The notes under the pieces are model-generated. The model did not search any database, was not told where the DNA came from, and saw only the letters and a list, made by a program, of their open reading frames with translations. Shown piece by piece: positions 39,011-48,933 of a stretch of DNA of 64,000 bases; within the stretch, counting starts at the first letter, position 1, and the number at the start of each line of letters is the position of its first letter. Location: IMG/VR virus record IMGVR_UViG_3300028800_000076, positions 1 through 64,000 of that record; one strand, given 5' to 3'. The DNA is from a virus. The position numbers were made by a program, and so were the translations under genes.

Positions 39011-39604
39011 ATGGCTTGGCCCAAAGGAAAACCGCGTGGTAAGACTGCTCCTTCGGTTGCTGACCTTGCAGGTGCTCCAGCCACCCCAGTGGAACGCGCG
39101 CCCCTCAAGGCTCGCCCCACTGGGGTGAACCGCTTCAAACTCAAGGCGGGCGCGAATTGGGAATCGACCGATGATAGTCTCCCGGACGGCATCGACCGCT
39201 ATCACATCGACAAGGAAGAGATTCCAGAAGGCTTCGACCTTCAGTGGGTGACGGTCAGCGTCCTGGGCCAGGACATGCCGCGCGAGCGTGCAGCCTTCGA
39301 GCGTAAGGGCTGGACGCCTGTCCATCAGGAAGACTTCGACGGCACCTTTAATGGCCGCTGGATGCCTCGCGATGCGGATGGCGAGATCAATGAGGGCGGT
39401 CAGGTGCTGATGGCACGCCCGCTTGAGATCAGCCTGAAGGCCCGCAAGCGCGATCAGCAAATGGCCCGCGATCAGATTCGCGTCAAAGAGCAGGCGCTGT
39501 ATTCGGGTGATCTGCCCATCTCGGGCGCGGATCACGTCTCGGCGCGTAAATTCAATTCGATCAATCGCAGCGTTGAGAGGATTGCGGTTCCCTCGGATGA
39601 TTGA
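39011..39604 (+). CDS. conserved head-region protein
   Basis: IPEG...QW...S.LG...GW.PV...GG..LM.RP. Confidence 0.65.
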   Translation: MAWPKGKPRGKTAPSVADLAGAPATPVERAPLKARPTGVNRFKLKAGANWESTDDSLPDGIDRYHIDKEEIPEGFDLQWVTVSVLGQDMPRERAAFERKGWTPVHQEDFDGTFNGRWMPRDADGEINEGGQVLMARPLEISLKARKRDQQMARDQIRVKEQALYSGDLPISGADHVSARKFNSINRSVERIAVPSDD

Positions 39605-40247
39605 TTCCTATTCTGCTGCGAGGGCCGCAGGCGCTAAGAAGTATTTTACTGGGAAGCCCTGTAAATACGGTCACCTCGCAGAGCGGCTTGCTTCGACTGG
39701 CTCCTGTACACGATGCAATGAGATTAATAATCTATTGTGGGATGCTGCGCACAGGCAGCAGCGAAGCGAAGCTGCAAAATCTCGTCGTCAAGAGAATCCG
39801 GAAAAACAACGGGAGGCTGTGCGCAGACATTACATTTCCAATAAAGAAAAAAGGCTCGCATTTGCGAGGCGGTATGCTGAAAAACACAGAATATTAATTG
39901 CAGAAAAACGAAGGCTTCCAGCCAGCAGGGTCAGGGACCGGGAGCGGTTGAGGAAATGGAGAAAAGATAATCCAGAAAGTGTAAAAATGAGCACTAGCCG
40001 CCGCAGAGCGGTAATTGGCAATCATAGTCGCGCAGACATATCAGAGATACTAGGATGGCAGAGAAATAAATGCGCGTATTGTCGTGTGAGTCTGCGGAAA
40101 GGTTTTCACCTGGATCATATTTTGCCTATCGCTAAAGGCGGATCGAACTTTAGAGCCAATCTTCAGGCCCTATGCCCAGACTGTAATCTGCGGAAAAATG
40201 CCAAACACCCTATTGAATTTGCCCAAAATATTGGATTGCTGCTCTAG
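39597..40247 (+). CDS. HNH endonuclease
   Basis: YFTGKPCK.GH; CAYC...HLDH..P...GG.N...NLQ.LC..CN..K; lower GC. Confidence 0.88.
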   Translation: MIDSYSAARAAGAKKYFTGKPCKYGHLAERLASTGSCTRCNEINNLLWDAAHRQQRSEAAKSRRQENPEKQREAVRRHYISNKEKRLAFARRYAEKHRILIAEKRRLPASRVRDRERLRKWRKDNPESVKMSTSRRRAVIGNHSRADISEILGWQRNKCAYCRVSLRKGFHLDHILPIAKGGSNFRANLQALCPDCNLRKNAKHPIEFAQNIGLLL

Positions 40248-40254
40248 AGAGCTA

Positions 40255-40290
40255 TTGACGCCATACCGCCAATAGCCTTATAGGTAATTG
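40255..40290 (+). promoter_or_regulatory. candidate promoter for the capsid genes
   Basis: TTGACG upstream of a hairpin-rich leader and GAGGAG SD. Confidence 0.35.
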
Positions 40291-40401
40291 ATACACCCAG
40301 ATAATGGGTGTGAGCGCGCCGCTCAAAATCCAAACATCACACGCCGTGGTGGTTCCGGTAGACGCCCAATCATGGGCTCTACGAGAGAGGAGCCCTGCAC
40401 C

Positions 40402-41028
40402 ATGGCTAATACGAATAACGCATTTGGTTTCCGCTCGTTTGGCCATCAGGATGGCTCCGCCCCGACGATGGGGCTTCAGCGCTATTTCATCAATTCCAGC
40501 GACACCAACCTGTACTTCACGGGTGATCCGGTGGCGCTCTCGTCCGCTGTTGGCGGCGGCAACATCCAACCCTATAGCGGTAGCTCGCTCTCGGTCATCT
40601 GCCTTGGCATCTTCGCAGGCTGCGAATACTACAACACCAACGTCCAGAAACAGGTCTGGTCGCCATACTTCCCGGGCAACGTCGGCTCTTCGAGCCCTTG
40701 CACCGCCTACGTCATCACCGATCCGGAAATGCAGTTTCTGGTCCAGGCCTCATCGGGCCCGGTGACCTCCAGCTATATCGGCTACAACCTCAACATCATC
40801 TCGGCCGTTTCCTCGTTGGGCAACACCACCAACGGTATCTCCAACGTCACCATCAACTCGTCGGCGGGCACGCTCGGTGGCTCCTCGCAGCCCTTCCGCG
40901 TGATCGACGTTTATTCGAACTTCGCACCTCCGGGCGCTCCGGGTGCTGATGTCACGACTGCTTTCAACTGGGTTGTTGTCGCGCCGAATAACTGGGCTCG
41001 CCGGACCCTCACGGCCGTCAGCACCTAA
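40402..41028 (+). CDS. putative capsid decoration/minor head protein
   Basis: MAN.N..FGF, F.GDPV, GIF.GCEY, V.TDP...F.VQ; lies before the MCP; Ser-rich. Confidence 0.7.
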   Translation: MANTNNAFGFRSFGHQDGSAPTMGLQRYFINSSDTNLYFTGDPVALSSAVGGGNIQPYSGSSLSVICLGIFAGCEYYNTNVQKQVWSPYFPGNVGSSSPCTAYVITDPEMQFLVQASSGPVTSSYIGYNLNIISAVSSLGNTTNGISNVTINSSAGTLGGSSQPFRVIDVYSNFAPPGAPGADVTTAFNWVVVAPNNWARRTLTAVST

Positions 41029-41711
41029 TCATGACAACCGCCCTCGCCAATAACGTATTTCTTGGTCTTGCGCTTCCTGGGAAGCGCAGCCAGGATTTCG
41101 GCTGGCGATTTGCCTTGGCTTCCAAGAGCCAAGATTATTGCGATGGTTTCTTCGGTAATAATGGCGCTAAATTCGGAACCGTCATCGATGTGTCGCCACG
41201 AACGACCAGTGACGATACTGTTGACTGTGCCGTAGGCGAGTCCAAGGGACTTGGCCACCGCGACTTGCTGCTCGCCTTCCGTAACGCGGCGTTTAATCTC
41301 CCTTACTTCATCTTCCGAAAGCTTTTTTCGCCAGCGGCCAGCGTGCACAGAATCACGGATGTTTTGTCTGTGCGAAAGCCATTCGAGGTTGCTGGCCGCG
41401 TTGTTCATCGGATCATGATCAATGTGGCTGGCGTCAGAAAGGTTTTCCGGGTTGGGAACGAAAGCAATCGCAACCAGTCGATGGACCAGGAATTGGCGCT
41501 CATTTCCATTCTTGGAAAGGACGACACACAGTCGGCCGCCTTGTCGGCCCCCGGCAAAGTTGGTGCTCGGCTTCAGAACGTGGCCATTCCGGCGAATGCT
41601 CCGACCCCGGCCGTCCGTCACAATACGCTCGATGCTTCTTACACGGCCAAGGTCGCTAACTTCATACAGGCCTTCGTAGCCAACCACTGCACGCCATTCC
41701 TCAAGAAACAT
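41025..41711 (-). CDS. NUMOD4-HNH homing endonuclease
   Basis: EEWR.V.GYEG.YEVS.LGRVRS, VHRLVA.AF, H.D....N...NLEW. Confidence 0.92.
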   Translation of the reverse strand: MFLEEWRAVVGYEGLYEVSDLGRVRSIERIVTDGRGRSIRRNGHVLKPSTNFAGGRQGGRLCVVLSKNGNERQFLVHRLVAIAFVPNPENLSDASHIDHDPMNNAASNLEWLSHRQNIRDSVHAGRWRKKLSEDEVREIKRRVTEGEQQVAVAKSLGLAYGTVNSIVTGRSWRHIDDGSEFSAIITEETIAIILALGSQGKSPAEILAALPRKRKTKKYVIGEGGCHD

Positions 41712-41854
41712 TCTTATTCTCCATTCATGGAACCTAACAGGGTTTATGTAATGGATGCTAATAAGCTTGTCAATGGTCACCACAAATTCCTCTCAGGCGA
41801 CTATGATACTGCAAAAAATGCAGTTAAATCAGCGCCTTATTTGGGAGTACTATA

Positions 41855-42769
41855 ATGCCCGTAGCTCTTTCGCAAATCCGCGATTTGCTGCTCCCAGGCC
41901 TCTGGGGAATAAGCGGTAAGTATCCTATGATTGAGAGGCAGTGGCCAAAAGTTTTTCGGCAAACCGAATCCAACATGGCGCTCGAACGTCGCGCGGCCAT
42001 GAGGTATCTCGGCTACGCGCAGCTTAAGCAGGAAGGCGCTCCGACTTCCTTCGATAACGCGGCTGGCCAGCGCTACATCTACAATGCAGAGCACTTTGAA
42101 ATTGCTCTCGGCTATGCCATCACCCGTAAGGCCATCGACGACAACCTCTATAAGTCAGAGTTTGGTCCCAATAACGACGGCCTGATGGAGAGCTTCAAGG
42201 AGACGGAGGAGCTTTACGCTGCCAACGTCTTCAATCAGGGCTCGACTTATAATCCGGCTATCGGCGGCGACGGCGTGGCGCTCTTTAGCACCTCGCATCC
42301 GACTGATGCGGCCACCATCTCCAACATCGCATCTCCGGCCGTGGGTCTGAACGAGACCTCACTGCTCAATGCGCTCATCACCATCCGCACCACTTGGCTT
42401 GATAACGCGGGCCTCAAGATTCACGCCCGTGGCCGCAAGGCTGTGGTGCCTCCGAATCTGGAGCCGATTGCGCTGCGACTGTTCCGCAGCGAGTTGCGCC
42501 CCGGCACGGCCAACAACGATGTGAACGCCATTCTGGGCATGAACGAATCCCTCAAGGAGGGATTCCTGACATGGGACTATCTCACGTCGTCCTTTGGTTG
42601 GTTCGTTCTTACCAATCATGAAGGCCTGATCTTCTTCAACCGCAAGCCGTATGAGACGGATATGTCGGTTGAGTTTACGACTGACAATCTTCTGGTGAAG
42701 GGCTATCAGCGATACGTGCCGACCTACTATGATTGGCGCGCGGCCTGGGCTTCTTACGCCACGTCGTAA
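41855..42769 (+). CDS. major capsid protein (Mu gpT-like family)
   Basis: LLPGL, K.EG, ALGY.IT..A..DNLY, GGDG.ALFST.HP, YLT...WF, DWR. Confidence 0.88.
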   Translation: MPVALSQIRDLLLPGLWGISGKYPMIERQWPKVFRQTESNMALERRAAMRYLGYAQLKQEGAPTSFDNAAGQRYIYNAEHFEIALGYAITRKAIDDNLYKSEFGPNNDGLMESFKETEELYAANVFNQGSTYNPAIGGDGVALFSTSHPTDAATISNIASPAVGLNETSLLNALITIRTTWLDNAGLKIHARGRKAVVPPNLEPIALRLFRSELRPGTANNDVNAILGMNESLKEGFLTWDYLTSSFGWFVLTNHEGLIFFNRKPYETDMSVEFTTDNLLVKGYQRYVPTYYDWRAAWASYATS

Positions 42770-42795
42770 TAGGAATAGCGGCTGGAGACCAATAG

Positions 42796-43782
42796 ATGAC
42801 GATTAGTGCATGGACTGGCCCAGTAGTCAGCTTTGGTACTGTCCTTAATTCCACCAATGGCCTGACGGGCACGAGTGCGGATAACAATCCGCAGAATGGC
42901 CCGTCCATGTTCGCTAATGGCGGGGCGCTTCTCGATCCGCGTGCTGCCTACCAGTATTTCCCTGGCGCGGGCATCTCGACGCCGGTCTATGGGTTTATGT
43001 ACGGCGATGCGACGGTGGACTATGCTCCGTCTTCGGCCTCGTCCAATGCCTTTGCGGTTAGCTCTGCAACCCAGCCCGGCGCTAGCTCTGCGATCACGCT
43101 CACGCCCTCGGCGGCCAAGGGCACATTTCTCACCACCATTGTGGCTCCTGAGAATGGCCAGACTGTTTCCGTTATCGCCATCGACTCGACGGCCGCATTC
43201 CTGAGCTTTGGTTCAGACGCCAACGTGCGCGTTTGGAACCCGACCGCAGGCACGGGCCGCTGTATCTCCATCACCACGTCTTCGTCTGGTGACCAAGGAA
43301 GCTGGACTATCGCTGGCCGCGATATGTACGGCTATAAGATGACTGAAGTGATCGCCACGTCGAGCGTCACCTTCACCACCCAGAAGGCCTTCAAGTATCT
43401 GAATGCCAATGGCGCGATTACGGCCTCTTCGGTTGTCACCAGCACGGGTGTTAGCGTCGGTCTATCCGATACCTATGGCATGCCATTCCGTGTGAACCAT
43501 GCAGGTGTTGTGAACCTCCTTCTGGCGATGTCGTCTGGAGCGGGCGGCGGCTTGCTCCTGACAACGGTAGCCCCGACTTCTGGTAACCTCGTCTTCGGCT
43601 CGACTGCTCTCACGGCCACTGCGACAACTGCCGATCCGCGCGGCACCTGGGCCTCTTCGCTGGCGTCCGGTAGCTCGAATCGCATGCAAATCCAGGTGAC
43701 GCCGACTGCGGCGGCCCTGGCCTCGATGACCAGCAGCAACATGCAGCCGTTGTTCGGCTATCCACAATTCTCTTCGGTCTAA
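42796..43782 (+). CDS. Ser/Thr-rich virion protein
   Basis: Follows the MCP; G.D.YG..M.E motif; very S/T-rich. Confidence 0.7.
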   Translation: MTISAWTGPVVSFGTVLNSTNGLTGTSADNNPQNGPSMFANGGALLDPRAAYQYFPGAGISTPVYGFMYGDATVDYAPSSASSNAFAVSSATQPGASSAITLTPSAAKGTFLTTIVAPENGQTVSVIAIDSTAAFLSFGSDANVRVWNPTAGTGRCISITTSSSGDQGSWTIAGRDMYGYKMTEVIATSSVTFTTQKAFKYLNANGAITASSVVTSTGVSVGLSDTYGMPFRVNHAGVVNLLLAMSSGAGGGLLLTTVAPTSGNLVFGSTALTATATTADPRGTWASSLASGSSNRMQIQVTPTAAALASMTSSNMQPLFGYPQFSSV

Positions 43783-43796
43783 GGAGCACCTAGACA

Positions 43797-44033
43797 ATGG
43801 CCAATCGTCACAAGATGGCTCGCAAGAGCGGTGGCAAGGTTTACTACGATGGCGGGTCTTCCAAGGTCGCCAAGGAAGCCAGCGAGCGCAAAGACGGTGG
43901 CTCGGTCAAGCGCGCCGAAGGCGGCAAGGTCCCAGCCAAGGCAGCGGGCGGCCGTCTGGACAAGCGTGCTCGCGGCGGACGCACAGGCGCGGACAAGAGT
44001 CCATTCTCTTCGGCGGCCCTCAAAAAGGGGTAA
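43797..44033 (+). CDS. basic protein with repeated xxGG motifs; -1 frameshift donor
   Basis: RKSGG, RKDGG, RAEGG, KAAGG, RARGG; ends A_AAG_GGG_TAA. Confidence 0.75.
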   Translation: MANRHKMARKSGGKVYYDGGSSKVAKEASERKDGGSVKRAEGGKVPAKAAGGRLDKRARGGRTGADKSPFSSAALKKG

Positions 44034-44215
44034 CAGCGTTCGCGAGCGGGGGCTGGATCGCGGGCGCGGTGAAGCACAAGGGAGCCCTCAGGCAGGCCGC
44101 GCATCGTGCCGGAGAGAGCACGCACGAGTTTGCAGAGACTCACAAGAATGCTCCAGGGACTCTAGGACGCAGAGCTAGATTGGCCCTCACTCTCTCAAAG
44201 CTGAGGAACCGCTGA
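44030..44215 (+). CDS. startless -1 frame extension (FASGG-WIAGAVKHKGAL...GRRARLA.TL)
   Basis: 61 open codons filling the gap to 44220, after a slippery heptamer and pseudoknot. Confidence 0.7.
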   Translation, partial: VTAFASGGWIAGAVKHKGALRQAAHRAGESTHEFAETHKNAPGTLGRRARLALTLSKLRNR

Positions 44216-44219
44216 TCCC

Positions 44220-44669
44220 ATGAGCTTCCCCTACCTTCAGCGCAGCATCGCGGTCGGCACATCCTCCACAAACGCCTATGCGGCCAACCAAACCATTGGG
44301 GGGCTGAATCAGATTCAGAACGTGCCATCCGGCATGTTCATCCAGGCTGTAACCATCACCACGAAGTCGTGCAACACCGGCCAGATGGACTTCCTGCCGT
44401 TCAATTCCTCGATGCCCAATACGACCTTTAGCGATCACAGTTCGATTGCGATTTCATCACAGGATGTTGGTTCGGTGATGTCGCCCATCCACATTACCGA
44501 CTGGACTGCGCTGGGCACGCCATATGTGGGGACAGCCAATGGGCTGGCCTATGTCTATCAGGTGCCATCCAATGCACCGCCATCCCTCTATTTTGCGCTG
44601 GTGACACGCGGCACGCCTACCCTTGCTTCTTCAGCCGACGTGCAGGTGACTGTCACCTTTGTGAGCTAG
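44220..44669 (+). CDS. putative virion structural protein
   Basis: Beta-rich, S/T-rich, in the structural operon. Confidence 0.6.
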   Translation: MSFPYLQRSIAVGTSSTNAYAANQTIGGLNQIQNVPSGMFIQAVTITTKSCNTGQMDFLPFNSSMPNTTFSDHSSIAISSQDVGSVMSPIHITDWTALGTPYVGTANGLAYVYQVPSNAPPSLYFALVTRGTPTLASSADVQVTVTFVS

Positions 44670-44675
44670 CCTCAC

Positions 44676-47378
44676 ATGCGCGGGATCATGTTTCCCCCAC
44701 TTCAGGGTTTCGGATATCTGCCACAACTGGCGAGGAGCGGGATTCCTAATTGGGTTGTGGCCCGGTATGGTAGCGTCGGCATTCCGAATATTGCCGCCGA
44801 TTTTGTAAATGATCGATACTGGGTCAGCGGGATAGGCTCTGTAAGTCTTACACAGCTTTTATCGGTCACGAGAGCCTCTCCAGAGACCGCGACTGATTCC
44901 TCCGGCAACGTGTTCTCGTTCGCGAACAATGTGGCCGCGCGCACGAACCTGGGCCTCGGCGTCTGGGAGGGCCGCACCAACAGCGTCCCCACGTCGGACA
45001 TGACGGGGGCGGTGGCGATCGACAACGCGCTGACGAACGGGTTCTTCAACAGCCCGAGCGGCGCGGGTAGCGGGTGGACGCCCTTCGTGGGCGGAAGCGG
45101 GTCAGTCACGTTCACGACCGGGCAGGTCAGCATCGTCGGTGACGGCACCAACAACTCAGGAATTGATCAGCAGTTCACCACCGTCAACGGTCAAGTCTAC
45201 GAGCTGAATTACACGCTCGCTCCGGGCTCGATGAATGTGTCGGTCGGGACCACTCAGGGCGGAACGCAGTACGGCACACCAGGCACCTCGACCGGACAAA
45301 ATATTTTCAGGTTCACGGCCACCGGAACGACGGCTTGGCTCCGGTTCTATCGAAGCGTCAACGCCGTCAACGCGGCCATCAGCGCCGTCAGCGTCCAGGC
45401 CGAGCTTGTCACCAACGGCGACTTCGCGTCGAACCCGATCAACGCATCGCAGAACACCACGTCGAACGGCTGGCAGTGGAATGCTGGCGGCACGTCTGCG
45501 CCGACCTATAACAGCGGCGCTCAGAACGTCACCTTGACCAGTGATGCTGGTGGCGATGCGGTCAACTTCAACACTATCCTCTTTGCGACGGTCGTGGGGG
45601 TGACATACACGATCCATCTTGACGCGACGCTTAGCGGCGGCGCATTCACAATGCGCGCCGGGACGTCCATTGGCGGCAATCAGCTTTTGAACTCGACCGG
45701 TAATACATCGGGGACGAACAAGCAGTTTCAGTTCACTGCGACCACGACGACTTCCGGCATTAGCATTGTCTTTGGCGCCGCGTCACAGACGATGCTGATC
45801 GACAACGTGTCCGTGCAGAGCGCGGGCAAGCTGCCGAACAACTGGACGAGTTTCCCGGTCCCTGGAACGATCAGGACTGTTGTCGGGGTGGGGACGGACA
45901 GCGGCTTTACAACAATCGATGTTCGTGACAGCGGCACGCCGACCGCAAGTTCTCAGGCGCTCATGGGCGTTGCCTCTAACGGTTCTATCGCCATGAGTGT
46001 CGGTCAAGTTTGGACCCTCAGCGGCTATGAAAGATTGGTGGGTGGCTCTTACACTAACGTCACATCGCCAGTGTTTTCGGCTCAAGCGCAGAACAGCGGC
46101 GGAACGTTCACCGAGTCGTTCATTACCACCAATGCGGTAGCGACATCTGCGGCCTTGGGGACGCAGAGATTTAGCGCCACAAACGCTCTGGCCGTCATAA
46201 CGTCCGCATTCAATCGCGGGCCATTCTACGCCTATAACACTACGAACGGCAGCGCGATTGACATAACGCTTCGTCTTGCTGCCCCGCAGCTTGAACTCAA
46301 CCCCTCGACCCAGGCGCTGACCGCGCCGACGACGGCGGGCGGCTCGCCGGGCACGCCGGGCACGTTACCGACGACGAGCGGCAACTCGTGGTCGGACAAC
46401 TACGTTGCGGCGGGCATCCCCACACGCACGCTCGCGTTCGCGACGCACGGCGGTCAGAGCGTGATGGATGCAACCTATTCCGGGGCGGTGACGAACCCGC
46501 CCGGGCTATTCGTGCTGCCGAACCCTGACGGCTTCACCGGACCGGCCGTAAGCCCCGGTGAGCAGGTCGTTGCCAGCGTCTATTATCAGACCGTCACTGA
46601 CGACGCGCACATAACGTCCGTGGCGCTCGAAATGCTGTTCTTGAACGGCAGCAATGTGCAGCAGGGCAGCACCGCCAGCGTCTCGATCAATAAGGCGACC
46701 GGGTCCGTGACGCAGTACAGCGTGAGCGCGACGGCCCCAGCCAACACGACCAAAGCGATCATTCGCCTCAACCATGCGACGGCGGCAGGTTCCTATACGC
46801 TGGCCTACGAAGCCTACATCGGCCCGTGGTCCCTCACTCCCAATCGCGGCATGGCGACGCCGTGGATCAGCACCACGAGCGGCGCGGTGGCGAGGGTTGT
46901 GGATGTGATTAGTGTCAATTCAACTTTTGTTCCTCAATTTGGTGCCAGCAACACCGGCTATTATGCAGGAACACCTGCCTCGCCAATCGCATATTCTAAT
47001 TTCCAGGCCGGACTGGAGCTTGACGACAACTCACTGAACAATCGTACTTCGGTTTCCCGCGCAGCCAGTTCTGGGCAACCGTTTGCAGTCTATCGTTCTG
47101 CTGGGAGCGTGGTTTTTAACACGACTGTGACGGGCGGCCCCTGGGCACAAAATGTTGCCGGTAAGACCGCGTTTGCTTACGCAGTTTCTGACCAAGCAGC
47201 ATCGTTTAACGGTAATTCAGTCACAACGAACAATTCGGCTTTGGTGATTTCTGGGTTGAACACTATTCATGTGGGAACCGACACAGGTGCCTCTCCTTGG
47301 AATGGTCCTATTACCGAGTTCGCTGTCTGGGCCACTAGGCGGTTAGCGAACAGCGCTCTACAGGTTCTTACCACATGA
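44676..47378 (+). CDS. head/tail fibre with carbohydrate-binding-like repeats
   Basis: TRAS...GL..WE.RTN N-domain; repeated L.TNG.F...W modules; LamG-like C-terminus. Confidence 0.7.
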   Translation: MRGIMFPPLQGFGYLPQLARSGIPNWVVARYGSVGIPNIAADFVNDRYWVSGIGSVSLTQLLSVTRASPETATDSSGNVFSFANNVAARTNLGLGVWEGRTNSVPTSDMTGAVAIDNALTNGFFNSPSGAGSGWTPFVGGSGSVTFTTGQVSIVGDGTNNSGIDQQFTTVNGQVYELNYTLAPGSMNVSVGTTQGGTQYGTPGTSTGQNIFRFTATGTTAWLRFYRSVNAVNAAISAVSVQAELVTNGDFASNPINASQNTTSNGWQWNAGGTSAPTYNSGAQNVTLTSDAGGDAVNFNTILFATVVGVTYTIHLDATLSGGAFTMRAGTSIGGNQLLNSTGNTSGTNKQFQFTATTTTSGISIVFGAASQTMLIDNVSVQSAGKLPNNWTSFPVPGTIRTVVGVGTDSGFTTIDVRDSGTPTASSQALMGVASNGSIAMSVGQVWTLSGYERLVGGSYTNVTSPVFSAQAQNSGGTFTESFITTNAVATSAALGTQRFSATNALAVITSAFNRGPFYAYNTTNGSAIDITLRLAAPQLELNPSTQALTAPTTAGGSPGTPGTLPTTSGNSWSDNYVAAGIPTRTLAFATHGGQSVMDATYSGAVTNPPGLFVLPNPDGFTGPAVSPGEQVVASVYYQTVTDDAHITSVALEMLFLNGSNVQQGSTASVSINKATGSVTQYSVSATAPANTTKAIIRLNHATAAGSYTLAYEAYIGPWSLTPNRGMATPWISTTSGAVARVVDVISVNSTFVPQFGASNTGYYAGTPASPIAYSNFQAGLELDDNSLNNRTSVSRAASSGQPFAVYRSAGSVVFNTTVTGGPWAQNVAGKTAFAYAVSDQAASFNGNSVTTNNSALVISGLNTIHVGTDTGASPWNGPITEFAVWATRRLANSALQVLTT

Positions 47379-47659
47379 TAGACCTTCACCCGGCCCCGAT
47401 ATTGGCTGCCTATCAATCAGCCCCGTCAAACTATGATTATCCCTATGCTGGAATGGTGATCGAGTTCACAGACACGGCTGAGAATGTTGAGCATCATTGC
47501 GGGAAGAATGCGGGAGCCTGCACGCTGATACTGCCGAATTTCAGAGGAGATAAGTGTTATATCCTGTTGCCGTTCGTGGGCCGTGGCGGGGTATCCCTCG
47601 CCACCCAGGAATTGCTTCGCCATCACGAGGTGGCCCACTGTAATGGGTGGAGGCATTGA
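47375..47659 (+). CDS. small HExxH protein
   Basis: RHHEVAHCNGW. Confidence 0.6.
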   Translation: MIDLHPAPILAAYQSAPSNYDYPYAGMVIEFTDTAENVEHHCGKNAGACTLILPNFRGDKCYILLPFVGRGGVSLATQELLRHHEVAHCNGWRH

Positions 47660-48052
47660 GTGGCTGTCAATTATAGCCAGACTGCAATCAACGACCGGCT
47701 TTTGGGGGTTATTGCGGCCATTGATGGGGGCGCGACCAACGGGAGCCTGTTACTGATGGCGGGCTCCATATTGGTATCCACAATTCAATTGGCTAGACCT
47801 TGCGGGACTGTGAACGGCGGGGTACTAACCTTTGCGGGTACTCCGCTCCTGGACCCCTCGGCCGCAGCGACTGGAAACGTGGATAGCGCCATCATTCAAG
47901 ACGGGAATGGTTCCACCATGGTCTCCGGCCTGACCGTGGGCATCCCCCTTTCAGCCAGCGTCGATATCGTCATCAGCAACGGCCTGAACAGCACCCTGGT
48001 TACGGCAGGCCAGACCGTCGAGCTTCTTGCAGCACAAATAACGGGATCGTAA
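47660..48052 (+). CDS. putative virion protein
   Basis: Composition and position. Confidence 0.6.
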   Translation: MAVNYSQTAINDRLLGVIAAIDGGATNGSLLLMAGSILVSTIQLARPCGTVNGGVLTFAGTPLLDPSAAATGNVDSAIIQDGNGSTMVSGLTVGIPLSASVDIVISNGLNSTLVTAGQTVELLAAQITGS

Positions 48053-48933
48053 TGGCAAAACTGACCGAAACCTTTAATGATCGCGCTCGTGCCAATGGTG
48101 GCATGATCCACATTGAGCCGCCGCATGAACCCCTGACCAATGAACCGTACCCCCCGCTTGTATCGGTTACAGCCGGGCTGATAACTCCCCAGCCAGTTCC
48201 GGAAGCCAAGCCACAAGAGCTTAAGGTGGCGCTGATCGGGACTGCGCCCTCCTCGCGGCTCCTGGCCCCCTTCAACGACAACTCCTGGCAAATCTGGGCC
48301 TGCTCGCCGGGCAACATGAACACCATCCCCAGGTGGGATGTCTGGTTCGAGCTTCACGGCAATCTGCTCTGGGAAGAGAACAAGGGCTATGGCGAGCCTT
48401 ATATCAACTGGCTCAAAACCCATAGAACGCCGGTCTATATGCAAGACCAGCGTTATTGTCCCAATGCCTCGACCTTTCCCATGAAGGAGATGGTCCAGGA
48501 GTTCGGTAGGGACTTCTTCACGTCAAGCTTTGCCTGGATGATGGCCTTCGCCATCCACAAAGGGGCCAAGGAGATCGCCATGTATGGCATCGATATGGCG
48601 TCCCGTGACGAATACATCCTTCAGCGGCCCGGCTTCTACTTCTTCCGGCACCTCGCCCAGCAGCGCGGCATTAAGGTGTCAGCGCCTCATGAATCTGATA
48701 TTATGCAGTCGCCTGGGCTTTATGGTTATTCGGACGTGACCCCGATGGGCCGTAAAATCCTGGCGCGCGAGCAAGAGATCAACAAGAGGCGGGACGGCAT
48801 GCGGGCCGAGCTTCAGCGTCTTCAGCAGAACCTGACCTATCTCGATGGTGCCTCGGAAGACATCGACTATTTTAAGAGTATCTGGATGGGCCAAGGGTCC
48901 GCCGTGCCCGAAGGGGGGCTAAACAATGGCTAA
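48052..48933 (+). CDS. Maf/DUF115/sialyltransferase-fold-like glycosyltransferase (putative)
   Basis: KVALIGTAPS ... TSSFAWMMAFAI.KGAKEI.MYGIDM. Confidence 0.55.
   Translation: MAKLTETFNDRARANGGMIHIEPPHEPLTNEPYPPLVSVTAGLITPQPVPEAKPQELKVALIGTAPSSRLLAPFNDNSWQIWACSPGNMNTIPRWDVWFELHGNLLWEENKGYGEPYINWLKTHRTPVYMQDQRYCPNASTFPMKEMVQEFGRDFFTSSFAWMMAFAIHKGAKEIAMYGIDMASRDEYILQRPGFYFFRHLAQQRGIKVSAPHESDIMQSPGLYGYSDVTPMGRKILAREQEINKRRDGMRAELQRLQQNLTYLDGASEDIDYFKSIWMGQGSAVPEGGLNNG

Noticed and set aside
39597-41711. Group I introns around the HNH genes
   Set aside because: Flanking genes have their own starts and stops, and there is no room for an intron core.
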